A DNA stretch of 50,277 nucleotides, filler included, from Catajapyx aquilonaris (lineage: Eukaryota), in the NCBI GenBank assembly GCA_000934665.2. It is 2 parts of 2 records of this genome, joined end to end, with 100 filler letters (N's around TTAATTAATTAA, not from the genome) between each part and the next. Parts side by side here need not be neighbours in the genome. Positions count along the whole stretch, not along the records: positions 1 to 25,060 come from JYFJ02005426.1; 1 more part is not named here. One strand, 5' to 3'. Of this stretch, positions 12,344 to 23,369 are shown one piece after another. The number at the start of each line of letters is the position of its first letter. Positions within the stretch are counted from its first letter, which is position 1. The notes under the pieces were generated by a model. The model saw only the letters and a program-made list of their open reading frames with translations, was not told the origin of the DNA and did no database searches. The position numbers and the translations under genes are program-made.

Positions 12344-15300
12344 TTAAAGAAACAGCTGCATGTTAGTCATTTCCAGACTGATATTCCTGGAATGGGGCAT
12401 GCAGCTTGTAAACGGGACACCCCCCCCCCCCCAAACCCCCCAGTTGTTATTGCACAGCTCCTTCAGTGCCTACAATAATAGGCAAACATTGAAAGCAATG
12501 CATAATGTGGTGGGTTATTAGGTGCAAAAATGCCCATCTGAACAGCAGACGTACATAATTGGCCTGAGTGTGAATGGGTTACGTTAATTACGTAAAAATA
12601 GTTTCATGCCAGAATGGAGATCAAACATGCTGATATACAAGTGAAGGCATGAAAAAGAGTGTAAGTTAAAACTCTAAGAGTATGGTATATATACTTATGT
12701 AAACATACCTGAGAGTGAGGCTTGTTGTTTAGGCTTAGGCGACCCAGATTGGCAGTGATGTCATGCCCACCATAGAGCCCTGCAGCTCCGCAGGTACTCC
12801 TCCAAGTTGGTGAAACAGAGGAAGGTCTAAAATGAATGCAGGAATATGATGACATTTCAATTTGTATATTGTTGAACTGCAATGAAGGCTTTTACTGAAG
12901 TAATTTTACTTGCACAAGAAGAATTTGGCTGCTGCAAATTATGATGATCATGACAACAAAAAACGAAACCCAAATCAGCAGATGATAATGTTATCAGGTA
13001 TGGTAAGTTAAATGATCAGTTTTTCAAAAAGGCAAGGCTGTTTTGTAGCATGGTGTGCAGCCCTTAGTGAATAGGATGAATTCGTGTGGCTGTTGCCTGT
13101 GGAACTTGAGTGAATAACTCTATCACTTATATATGGTACCTTCCTTATGGTCACAAAGTGCATATCATGTTAGGATGTGAGAAGTTACCATTTTTTTGAA
13201 GAAATGTTCAATAATGACTTTGGCTAGTGGTCCTGTGCCCTTTAACAACAAATGAGAACTTAGTAGTGTCTTTTGGATGTAACAGAAATACTTGAACACT
13301 CAAGGTTACATAAGTAGGATATCCAAATTAATGCAAAATATACTTGCAAAATGTTACTAGCTGGCCTGCCCGTAAGAGGAGATCTGAATTTAACTAATGT
13401 TGAATATCAAGGTGCTACACTAGTACCAGCTCTTGCTAGTACTAGTAAGGGAGATTGGGGTCGGTTGTAACACTTTTTAGTCTGGATTTTTGAATTCAGT
13501 TGCATATGCATTTAGTCAAAGGTTTATGATGTGGTGGAAATAAGCCAACATTCCTCTTTGTAAAATTAACATTATAAAATTTTACGATTTAAGATTTATA
13601 GATTTATAAATATTTTTCCAAGGCATGGCAGAGTGTTACAACCTACCCCATCATAGGGGCGGTTGTAACAGTGGGCAGGGTCGATTGTAACACTCTGTCT
13701 TAAATGGTTAATGTAATATGGAAGAACAGTTCACACCCACTCATAATCTCTACAATATATTGTCTTAGAGCCTACTTGATCCACCTAGGTTACTCTTTAT
13801 CTCTCGATACACTGGAATTTATTCAGCAGGTAAGTATTACAAGAGAAATGATTTTTTATTGATATAAAATTTCAACAAACTGGTTATGAGGCTTTATTGC
13901 ACAAAAAAATATTTATTTCTACTCTCAATATTCTGTCAGATATATAGAGCTCTGTAACATCTGTACACAGATTTGACCTTTTCTCATGATTTTACCATGT
14001 TACAACTGACCCCAAGGAAGCTGTTACAACTGTCCCAATTGTGTGTTGTCTTGTAGATATGCTCACTACTTTTTAAACTGTGCACATGATTTGGACATCC
14101 ATATACTGTCAGGGTGACCCCACTAAAGGAACCTTTCACATCATACCAAAAGGGCAATTCAAGGGGACCTCTACCCTCCCCATGTAATCACTTGATCACT
14201 GCCACTCAAAATGTTTGGAACACACCTTGACTGGTGTTTTGCATATAGAAGAACAAAAAACATAAAAGGAGTAGCCTAAGTTTTGCCTGGCTTAGAGGCC
14301 ATGGCCTGTGCAAGTTTCAGCTTCAGCTCAGGACCTTTCAAACGTACGGTATTTATTATTTGCGATGTTACAACCGCACTGTACCCTGTTACAACTGACC
14401 CTGATCTCCCTTACAGTATTTCAAAAGTTTCAAAAAATCAGGATGACATTAAAAATCTCTTGCTGATGGTAAGGAAGCTAACAGATTTTCAATCTATAAC
14501 ATGTTTTCAAATCATTGCATTGCTTGGTTTAAGAATTTTAACCGAGAAAAAATATACATATGAAATGTGCTCTCACTGATACCAGAGAAGCTTGTTTGAA
14601 TAGATTTTCTTTTTGGATTCATCAAAAACATGTGAGAGATTTTATGCCTGTCATTTCAAGTAACCAGAATATCAAGAAAGAAATATAATAACATCCTTAC
14701 CTCTGTACAAAGCCATTTTGCCAGGGGACTGCATTGGCGGGGTTAAAACCAACACTGGGTGTATACCCATGGGGAATCTCCTGAGGATTGCGACTGACAC
14801 TTTGGTTACTACGCTTCTGTAGTCTGCGGTGATCGTACTTGGCAACTGGTTTGGCCCATGCCACCTCAATGCTGACCCCATCTATGATTGCACCTGATTT
14901 TCCCCATTTCCCAAGAAGCAAAAAGAGCAGAAGTGAAGATTATGAAAACTATTTAAACACTCCATAAGAGTAACAATTGATTTCAAATTCAATTTTTGGA
15001 AAAGAAACTTGCCTTTCATCCTCTGCAGGGCTTTTTCAGCTGTCTGTCGACTGACAAAGTGAACATATGCAAAATCACGCACTTTCTTCACCTTCTCAAC
15101 GCATCCAGGCTCCGAGGTAGCTTCAAATGCTTCCTTGAGTGTCTCCTCAGTGGTGGTCAGCATCAGATTGCGAATGTACAGCACTGTCACCTAATTCAAG
15201 TATCAAGATTGCATTGGTATTGGGCCAAACAAGTTAAGTCCAGTGGAAACATGTCTATAACAGACTCTGGTACTGAGAGAACTTTTCATAAGGAAGCTTC

Positions 15301-18046
15301 AGTTAGGTCCAGTTTGGTGCAGGACTTTCAATGTATTTCTTTGGCATTAAGAAAAACACCTTTTCAGTACATAGAAATTTTAGTGGAATGGAGGGATTCT
15401 ATAATTATGAAGGTTTTGCTGTGCATGAAACACATCAGCAAAAGTAGCAAAAGGTACTTTGAGACAAAAACTGTAAAGTATGCTAAATTAAATTATAAGG
15501 ATACATCATGCTAAATTGTTATGATTGACAGAGAGTTCCTGAATATTCATATTGCTGAATATAACGACATGTTAACCATTGTGAACAATAGCAGAAGAGA
15601 ATATATGCATTGTTATTCATAACAAGGATTCAGGGGTCGAAATATTCGGATGCAAAGGTGCAATTTGCAATCCAAAATTGTCATCTACACTCCAAACTGA
15701 GCCTTGGAGTGCAAAGTTTGCACTCCAGTTTATCCTGCTTTTAAACATGGAAATACCCAGTAATAAAAAATTGAGCACGCGATCTAAGTATTTGCACTCC
15801 AGGTAAAAGTCTGGAGTGCAAACTTTGCATCTGGACAAAAATTTTAAAATCCGACCCCTGGGATTGGGACTTACATCATATTATTTACATGTCCTAAGTA
15901 TACAGCAGGGTGATCCAACTTTATAGGCCACACAGTTATTGGAAAAATCGCGTAAGCTGCTACCTTTTAAGCTGCTACTTGCTAAGAGTTACTTTCTCGA
16001 GTGTCTGAAATAGCACCTGGTGATATTAGGTCCAATGCCCATGTACCAATTTATGACCTACTTATTGACACAACTGGGTCTGTCCGGTTCGACGGATTAG
16101 CCCTCTGATTGGCAGCTAGTCACCTCATCTGAATCGAGTGAATCCCTCCAGCGAACACCAAAATGGGCCCTTTTGAAGGCCAACACATGAATCAGTTTGG
16201 AGATGGGGAAATAAAAGAGATTATGACACCTTTCCATTTAAGGGTCGCAACAGTTCGCATCCGATACCCCTCGCGATTGACCCATTTGGCCAGTCACAAC
16301 CCGGCAGACGACCTGTTTCCCACGGTGGGTGACCCTTATTTTTTCCCTCATTAATTGGTACATGGGCATTGGACCTAATATCAGCAGGTGCTATTCCAGA
16401 CACTCGAGAAAGTAACTCTTAGCAAGTAGCTGCTTAAAAAGTAGCAGCTTACGCGATTTTTCCAATAACGGTTGGGGCGATAAAGTTGGATCACCCTGTA
16501 TACAATACATTTTGATCAGGTGTATCCTACTTACGGTAGCAGGATTTACTCGGGCCCACTCAACACCAATATGGTGGCCCCAGAGTGCTCTAGCTCCTGA
16601 CAGTTGATTCTTGGCCACTGCAGCTGCTCGGTGGCTTTCATACTCCACAAATGTAAACCCCTGGTTAATCTCACCTCCAGGTAACATGTATACAATGCAC
16701 CTAACCACTCCTTCTGTCAAGCGGGAAAACTCTTCCAACACTTCTTTCTCCCCCTTGCTCCTCGGGATCCCACATACATACAGCTGACAATTGTCAGTTG
16801 AACGAATCACCTCAAGTTGTATTTTAGGTCTGATCTCGACACCACTGAGGTTCTTGATGGCTTTTATGGCATCGTCACGCGTGGTGTACATGACATAGGC
16901 ATAACCCCTGTTGGCCCCGCTGAAGTCCATCATAAGTCGTAGCTCATAGATGGGTCCGATCGTCTCGAAGTGAGGTACTAGCTCATCTTCGAAACAGTCA
17001 CGAGGAATCTTGCCAACAAACACCTCGCAGCCTTTGGGTGGTGGGGAGCCCTTCCAGTCAGGAGGAGGGCCACCATACCTCCGCTGACCATTCTCCTGCA
17101 GTCATATTAATAATATTTATATTTATATTTATGAATATTATCATAAAAACGAACCCATAAAAAGGTACATGAGTCCATATTGTTGTAGCACATATGTACT
17201 ATCTAATTTATATGTATAACCCCCACACACCCACACACACACACAGCCTTGTCTTCACTAAGGAGTGGGGACGTGAAAATTCAACTTTTCGAAGCTAGTG
17301 TAAACTAACCTAACCTAACCTAACCTACCCTTCCCTAACCTACCCTTCCCTACCCTACCCTAACTAACGTAGGCTGAGAAAAATGGACTTTTGTGAAACC
17401 CTACAAATGAAAATAGTGGGGACATGTCCCCACTGATTTGGGCATGTCCCCACTGTAAGCCTAATAGTACACATCGCGTGTGTGAGACTGTGGGGACAGA
17501 CGTCCCCACAGCTACAGTAAAAGCACAAACTTCCGTCCCCAGACCTTATTGAAGACAAGAACACAAAAAGTGAGGTAATCTCACGAGCAAAAAGATGAGG
17601 ATTCCCTGGAATTCACAGAGGACAGAGATGTCAGTTGTAGGACTTGACTACACAGTAACACACATGAAGACCTTCATGGCCTGCTAGGTAGCCTTGGTGC
17701 CAAACTTAGTGCCTTTTTGCTCACTCCAGTGTTTCTCTCATCATTAATTCATTATCATCACCTAACTAACCTGCACTATGTTGTAGTCGGTCCTCTTCAT
17801 GAGGGCCAGCAGGGCCTCGTCCTTGTTGATCACCCCCTGCTGCTGTTTCTTCTTCACTCCCTGGGCCTTTCCTCCTTTCTTCGTGGCTCCAACCCCGTCG
17901 GACCCCGCTGCAGTCTTCTCATACTCTGCCTTGCTCGCCCTCGCCCATCCGGCGTATCTCTGCGCAGCATCTGCCCATGCCTTGCTCGCCAGGCCGTCGT
18001 CGTATCCCTGAGCATCCTCCTTCTTCTGCCCCACCTCGGCCATCAT
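12344..18046 (-). CDS. RBM46/RBM47/A1CF-family three-RRM RNA-binding protein (exons 18046-17771, 17095-16535, 15190-15013, 14893-14701, 12826-12709, 12469-12344)
   Basis: Family motifs [84 protein letters not shown] and IEVAWAKP are present, and all splice phases are consistent. The paralog cannot be assigned; the start codon and last exon are tentative. Confidence 0.85.
13448..14411. mobile_element. Non-autonomous TIR element with TGTTACAAC subterminal repeats
   Basis: TA|AGGGAGATTGGGGTCGGTTGTAACA ... TGTTACAACTGACCCTGATCTCCCT|TA; the motif recurs several times internally. Confidence 0.75.
15631..15860. mobile_element. MITE with 5-bp TSD
   Basis: GGATT|CAGGGGTCG ... CGACCCCTG|GGATT, with internal TGGAGTGCAAA/TTTGCACTCCA repeats. 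Confidence 0.7.
15906..16498. mobile_element. Tc1/mariner MITE with ~145-bp TIRs
   Basis: CAGGGTGATCCAACTTTAT... / ...ATAAAGTTGGATCACCCTG|TA. The terminal 12 bp are identical to those of the element at 36365-37730. Confidence 0.85.
17246..17561. mobile_element. (CA)n-associated MITE with CCTAA tract, copy 1
   Basis: TIR CTTGTCTTCA.TAAG..TGGGGACG; internal GTGGGGAC/GTCCCCAC palindromes and (CCTAA)n; abuts (CA)n. Confidence 0.75.
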
Positions 18047-19053
18047 CCGATGGGTCCTACCTGACCAAACTGAGCTCAACACAGCGGGGCGACTCCCCTT
18101 GACGATGTCCGGTTGGTCGGCCCTGATGTTCCCGCTGTCTGACAGGCGGATGGAGGCGGATTCAGTTGCACGATGGTCCCACAGGTGTAGAGGGGAGGAG
18201 AGGGGGAGGGTGGAAAGGGACGAAAAGCTGTGTTACCGGTTGCGTTCCTGCCCCCTAGCGACGGTATGCCCATAAAGATACAAAGATAAAAACTTATCTA
18301 TTATTTATTATTTATATGTTTTTATTTATTATTTATATGTTATTTATTTATATCTCAATGGGGATGCCCCCTACATCACTTATCATGGAGCTCTCTCGGC
18401 CCGGCTATTTCAAATCAAAATACATTGGCGCAATGGCGCCAGGTTTAAAATATGCTTTATTAACCTGCATTGTCCCGAGAATACTCTCGATGTGAAAACT
18501 TGCAGGATAGAAAATTACAAAAATTTCTATCACCGAAACACATACATTTACAGCAATAATAAAGCAGGATGTGTAGGCCTATACAGTTGAAGCAGGTAGT
18601 AGGCCTACATGGAAATATATCATTTGAACATAATTTTTAAATCCAAGTGTGCAGAATATGTCTATAGCTGCAATACCGCTAAAAATTATAGAGTAGGGCC
18701 TATAATACAGTGTGTTTCACTAGGGAGTCCCCACATATATATTTCTTAACATTCTACCTAGAAACGTGATGTTTGGTTTAAAAGTTACCTTAGTTCATGA
18801 GAATGTAGCTCTATTTCCAATAAATGCTGGGATTCACCTGCAACGACTTCCATTCGCACTCGAATGCGACTCGACGCGACGCTCCTTATTATCGAATAAG
18901 ATCCTCCGCAGCATAATCTTCATAAATGGTCCGGATTGCTGCACTTATATGTTGCTTTCCGAGTCTTCTAACCTCGAGGCTCACTGTTGTAGGCACAATT
19001 CTTCAAATAATTATGTAGAGGATCTTAGGACTATATGTTCAATATTATTTGTG

Positions 19054-19339
19054 TACTTGTCTTCAATAAGCTGTGGGGACGGAAACAGGTGTTTTACTGT
19101 AACTCTGGGGACTTTGCCACACTTGTGGGGACATTTTCGGTCCCCACAGCTTTACACATGAGAACATTACCGTTATAGTGGGGACATGTCCCCACTATTT
19201 CGTTTTGCAGGGTTTTACAAAACTCAATTTCTATCGGCCTAGGTTAGGTAGGGTAGGATAGGTTAGGTTAGGCGTTAGGTTACACTAGCTTCGAAAAGTT
19301 GAGTTTTCAACGTCCCCATAGCTTATTGAGCGCAAGTCT
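19054..19339. mobile_element. (TG)n-associated MITE, copy 2 (inverted relative to copy 1)
   Basis: Reverse-complement homolog of 17246-17561, with TTAGG-like repeats and flanking TGTG. Confidence 0.75.
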
Positions 19340-19407
19340 TGTGTGTGTGGGGGGGGGAGTGTATTGTTGTGGGATTTGTTATGCGACACTGGCGTCGTCG
19401 TTTTTTT

Positions 19408-19529
19408 CTGTAGCCGAATTAGATTTTTTTCAATTTCCGTCACTGTCATTCCCATAATGGATATAACCTTGATATAACTTATGTGGAGGAACGTGACGGA
19501 AATTGCACAAAAATCTAATTCGGCTACAG
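19408..19529. repeat. Short inverted repeat (MITE-like hairpin)
   Basis: CTGTAGCCGAATTAGATTTTTT..CAATTTCCGTCAC / GTGACGGAAATTG..AAAAATCTAATTCGGCTACAG. Confidence 0.7.
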
Positions 19530-21009
19530 AGTTTTTAAAAAATAAAAATGTTGATTTTTTTCATCGTTCGGTGTATCTTTTATTTAATAAGGATAATAAA
19601 AATTACGTGTCAAATCGTGGCGGTAGCCTTTATTTATTAATATTAAAGTTGAAAATGTAGGTGTTTGCCGATATTTTTTAAAGACAAAACAATTAAAATC
19701 TTCGCTCCTGTGGAAACTATAGGATGATCGTTCCTTTTTGTTTTATAGCGTTTTTGAAGACGCTTTCAACCATGCCTTACATTTTCAATTTGTACCGTAC
19801 CGTAAGTTTAAGCTTGATAAATGAAAAACCTCTGGATGGGGCTGGTCCTAAACTCTCGGGAAAGCCGGTTCTATACTGTAGCCTACCTATATGAAGTTAT
19901 GAGCCTGCCACAGCTTTGCCCTAGGTTGTGTTGTCGAGTCCTGTGTTTCACTGAGCCGAAATCGCATGAGCTAGCTGGAACGGACATGGTATGTGTCAAG
20001 TGGAAACATAATGGGAATCCAATAAGCTTATGTATCAGCGCGCCGCGTATACCACCTTACCTTATTGTCAACTCATACACCCAATCCCCGCACTCATGGC
20101 CGAGTTTCTGACAGGATGTGTGGACTATGTGAACTTGCGGCCTCCATGTGTCACGGAAGGGCAGGGAGACGGTGAGGTATTGTCGGGATCCACTGGGTCA
20201 TGCATGGATCCTTGATGTTAGGTGCGGCGGAAATCTGTGATCATATATCTGTAACATACTATACCATATTTAATGCCCCAACAATTTACATTACCATTTT
20301 CTCCTTGGCACTTAAACACTGTCTTTTCAACCCCTGTTGACGACTTCCGGACCACCTTCCTTCCCCTTTGCACCTGATCATTAACATTTAACCAATCCCT
20401 TTCCAAAATCAAGAAACAAAATCATACGTAACTCAAACAACAGTTGAAATTCCATACTTCTCAAAGGGGCAAAAGCAGATCAATCCCACTTCCGTCTAAC
20501 GTTAATCTCTTCAGCAACAACGCCAATAATGAAGAATGTTCAATGAACGTAACAATGCCCGGAGAAGAGGTCAACAGTCCTATTGAACTTCACACTACAA
20601 AGTGAATACACACATTTCCCCAATCCTTCAACATTAAACACAAACACCTGGTTTAGCACTTCAATATGTGATGGGGACTCCCAAAGAGAGGAAGGATCGC
20701 ACGATAGCCAGACATCCACGGACAGGTGTATAATCCCCCTGGCGCCTTAGAGATTAGCTGATAAGCCCCTAATTAGCGACAGGTGGATAATCCTTTGACA
20801 TGCCGCCCAATTAGTATGTCGCGTGTCGCGTATGAACCTACTCGTAGACGTGTTGCACCGGCGGTATGTCGCGTGCCGTGCACCTGTTATGTCGCACACC
20901 TAACCTATACGTTCCCCCCGCCAGACAGGTGTCGTACGCGTGTCACACCTGTTTCGCACCGCCCGTGCCGCGTTGCCGAGTTGCAGGTGTCGGACGCGTG
21001 TCATGCCGC

Positions 21010-21335
21010 TCCGCCATCTTGGATCCCCGTCTCAGACCCGGGGCAGCCATCTTGGATCCGCTCGCGTTCCGCCATCTTGGATCCCCAGCCTCAGAACCGG
21101 GCCAGGGAGCAGCCATCTTGGAGCCACACACAGTAAGCAGCCATCTTGGATTTTTATATTCCTTAAAAGTATTATTTCGGAAAAATTGTTCCCAGCCGGT
21201 TTCGATCCTTGGACCTTTCGTTTTGGAGGCCGACACCCTAACCATTACGCTAGGGGAGCCCCCGAAGATTTAGAGGGTTGGAAGCTCTACTCATGCCTCT
21301 GGTGCGGGCCACGTGGCCGGTGACTCCACCCCTTC
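21010..21335 (+). repeat. Left GCCATCTTGGA (YY1-type) motif array and adjacent conserved block
   Basis: Five GCCATCTTGGA copies (21013, 21046, 21071, 21112, 21140), then CCCGAAGATTTAGAGGGTTGGAAGCTCT...GGCCACGTGGCCGGT, which has an inverted homolog at about 24390-24455. Confidence 0.8.
21181..21259 (-). ncRNA. Degenerate tRNA-like Pol III unit
   Basis: A-box TAGCGTAATGG (21252-21242), B-box GGATCGAAACC (21208-21198), CTCCAAA loop and an immediate T5 run (21185-21181). Stems are imperfect, so this is not a canonical tRNA. Confidence 0.45.
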
Positions 21336-21829
21336 ACAGCCAACCCCCAAGCCCACCATCCCCTGATCCCCACCCACCACCCCCAGTCCAACTCCCACCC
21401 ATCCCCCTTCAACCCCCCATCCCCCCTCAACCCCCACCCGAATGCTTGCAACTGGATGATGCGTCAGCCCCGCGTCGANCGCCCGAATGCTTGCAACTCG
21501 ATGATGCGTCAACCCTGCGCCAACTTGTCGCCTTTGTAGGGAACCAGTGTCCTCCAAAAAAAGAAGAAGAAGAAGAAGAAAAAAAGAATCATGCCATGCC
21601 TTTTACGTAGCGTGTAATATTCCCTCTGCTTCTCTCACTCTCGAGCTGCCATATTGCATCCACATATGAGGCAACCATCTTGTATCCGCACATATATTAC
21701 TTAAAATTTCTGGTGGAAGGAGAGACGCCATAAAGTCGTAGGACGAGAATACTCGAAGGGAAGCATGTCCCACCTTGTTGGACTTTCTCTTAGAGTGGCT
21801 CATCTGGATTATTGTGATGGGGTGGGGAG

Positions 21830-21990
21830 AAATGGGATGGCCATCACTCCAGGATGACTTGTCTCATTCAAGCAACAACTTGTATGAGCGCGTCATAAGG
21901 CTTAGAAACGTCACTTCCTTGGGGGAGGGGGCTTTTTCACTATAAAAACCAAGAAGGGAAGGGAGGCTCTCTCTCACAATTCCCTGAACT
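21830..21990 (+). promoter_or_regulatory. Repeated promoter module, copy 1
   Basis: TTAGAAACGTCACTTCCTTGGGGGAG followed by TATAAAA; homologous to 23052-23220 and 24933-25040. Confidence 0.65.
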
Positions 21991-22078
21991 ACCAGAATGA
22001 CTCGACTCACCTCAAACCAGCCAGCCAGCCATACAGCAAGACATCCCGGACATATCAGCCCAGCATCTACTCCTAAAC

Positions 22079-22576
22079 ATGTCCGGCTACCTAAACTCAG
22101 CGTGTAAGTACAAAGATTCAGTCGTTGATTAATTTATTTTTTATTTAATAGATTGGTGTACTAATCTCTATCTGTCACATTCAGATGCCATTACTACCTC
22201 CAAGTGGCCCACTTACCTCGTGGATGACAATGCCGTTGAGCCGGAGGAAGGGGTGCAGATTGTGAGGGTGGTGGATAGTGATCGCTACAGGAGCAAGATT
22301 TACTTTCGGGACGACTCGGATGATGAGCCGCAGGAAGAGATGAATAGGTTGGGGGATCGTGCTGATCGCTTCAGACGCAAAATTTACTTGCGGGATGACT
22401 CTGATGACGAGCCGGAGGAAGAGGTTCAGGTGGTGAAGGTGGTGCAGTTCGATCGCCACAATAGTCGAATTGACCCTGTGGAGTATGAAGCAGATGCGCC
22501 AGAGGAAGAGGAGACACCCGTGGTGAAGACTAGGAGCGGAAGAGTGGTCCGCCCACGACAGCTGCTAAATTTGTAA
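22079..22576 (+). CDS. 138-aa acidic repeat protein of unknown family (exons 22079-22103, 22185-22576)
   Basis: ATG plus a 25-nt exon, a GTAAGT...CTAAT...CAG intron and an in-frame second exon; internal repeat DR.R.KIY.RDDSDDEP.EE; C-terminal KTRSGRVVRP; AATAAA at 22597. Confidence 0.65.
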
Positions 22577-23051
22577 ATAGTGTTTTTGGTTGTTCAAATA
22601 AATTATTGTGTCCCTAAAAGAAAAAGAAATGAAGTTTTCGTTCCCCTCCAGCGCACATTAAAAAGCAGCATTGCTAAGTTGGGAGGATTTGGAAGCCATG
22701 AAACCTCCACTTCGTCGACAAGTTCGTATTTTAAAAAAAATTACTACTATTATTTTTTATTTTTAAAATTTTTAGGCAGGGTGATTTATCACAGTGATTT
22801 ACACACGAGCAGACTCATCACGTATACTTTCAGTTGGTTGTTAGCATTTTGTGTCTTGCGGGGTCTTGTTTGGATTTTTGTTTCTTCGCGAGGTAAGTGG
22901 AAACTTTAATATTACACCAAAGAAAGAAAAAAAGCTACCTCTGTTACGTTAAATCATTTCGGAACTCGAGATGCAACTCAGTGTCCCAAGCATGTCTCAC
23001 CTTGATGTATACTTTCGTCTAGAGTGATTCGTAGGGATTCTAATGAGGGTA

Positions 23052-23220
23052 ATGGGATGGCCAAAGAGGATTTAGGGTTATCACGCTCTGATGACCAAGC
23101 CTCATTGCTCAACTCGTGCAAGTTTCAACTGCTACAAAAGGATTAGAAACGTCATTTCCTTAGGGGAGTGGCCTCGCCAAATAAAGGCCAGGATGGGAGG
23201 AGAGACAGTCTCACTATTCC
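23052..23220 (+). promoter_or_regulatory. Repeated promoter module, copy 2
   Basis: TTAGAAACGTCATTTCCTTAGGGGAG followed by AAATAAAGG, upstream of the AlkB-like gene. Confidence 0.65.
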
Positions 23221-23369
23221 TAGTACTACCAGTCGGACTGTACTAGCCACATACCAGCCAACCAGCCAGCCAACTCCCCCTGCTCAACCAGCCAGCTTTC
23301 TACTCTTCTCTGCTCAACCAGTTAGCCACCCTATCATCTAGTCCAGGCCATTCTGCATCTACCCTAAAA

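Noticed and set aside
16391..16534. C-terminal extension of the 210-aa RRM ORF
   Set aside because: It runs past the GT donor at 16534 into intron and MITE sequence.
17307..17367. Telomere or chromosome-fusion relic
   Set aside because: A short degenerate CCTAA tract internal to a MITE that occurs twice in the window.
20218..20720. Possible decayed minus-strand gene left of the cassette
   Set aside because: The composition looks coding-like, but there are multiple stops and no recognisable motif, so it cannot be supported without a search.
21010..21150. CRISPR-like repeat-spacer array
   Set aside because: The repeat is only 11 bp, spacing is irregular, spacers resemble each other, the context is eukaryotic and there are no cas genes.
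20783..21323. Overlapping ORFs with PSWI/AAIL repeats
   Set aside because: These are translations of the GCCATCTTGGA DNA motif array, open in several frames, with no protein-level signal.
21278..21610. Proline-rich ORF with duplicated PECLQLDDAS
   Set aside because: Low-complexity C-rich DNA with a non-ATG start. The duplication straddles an N at 21479 and may be an assembly overlap.
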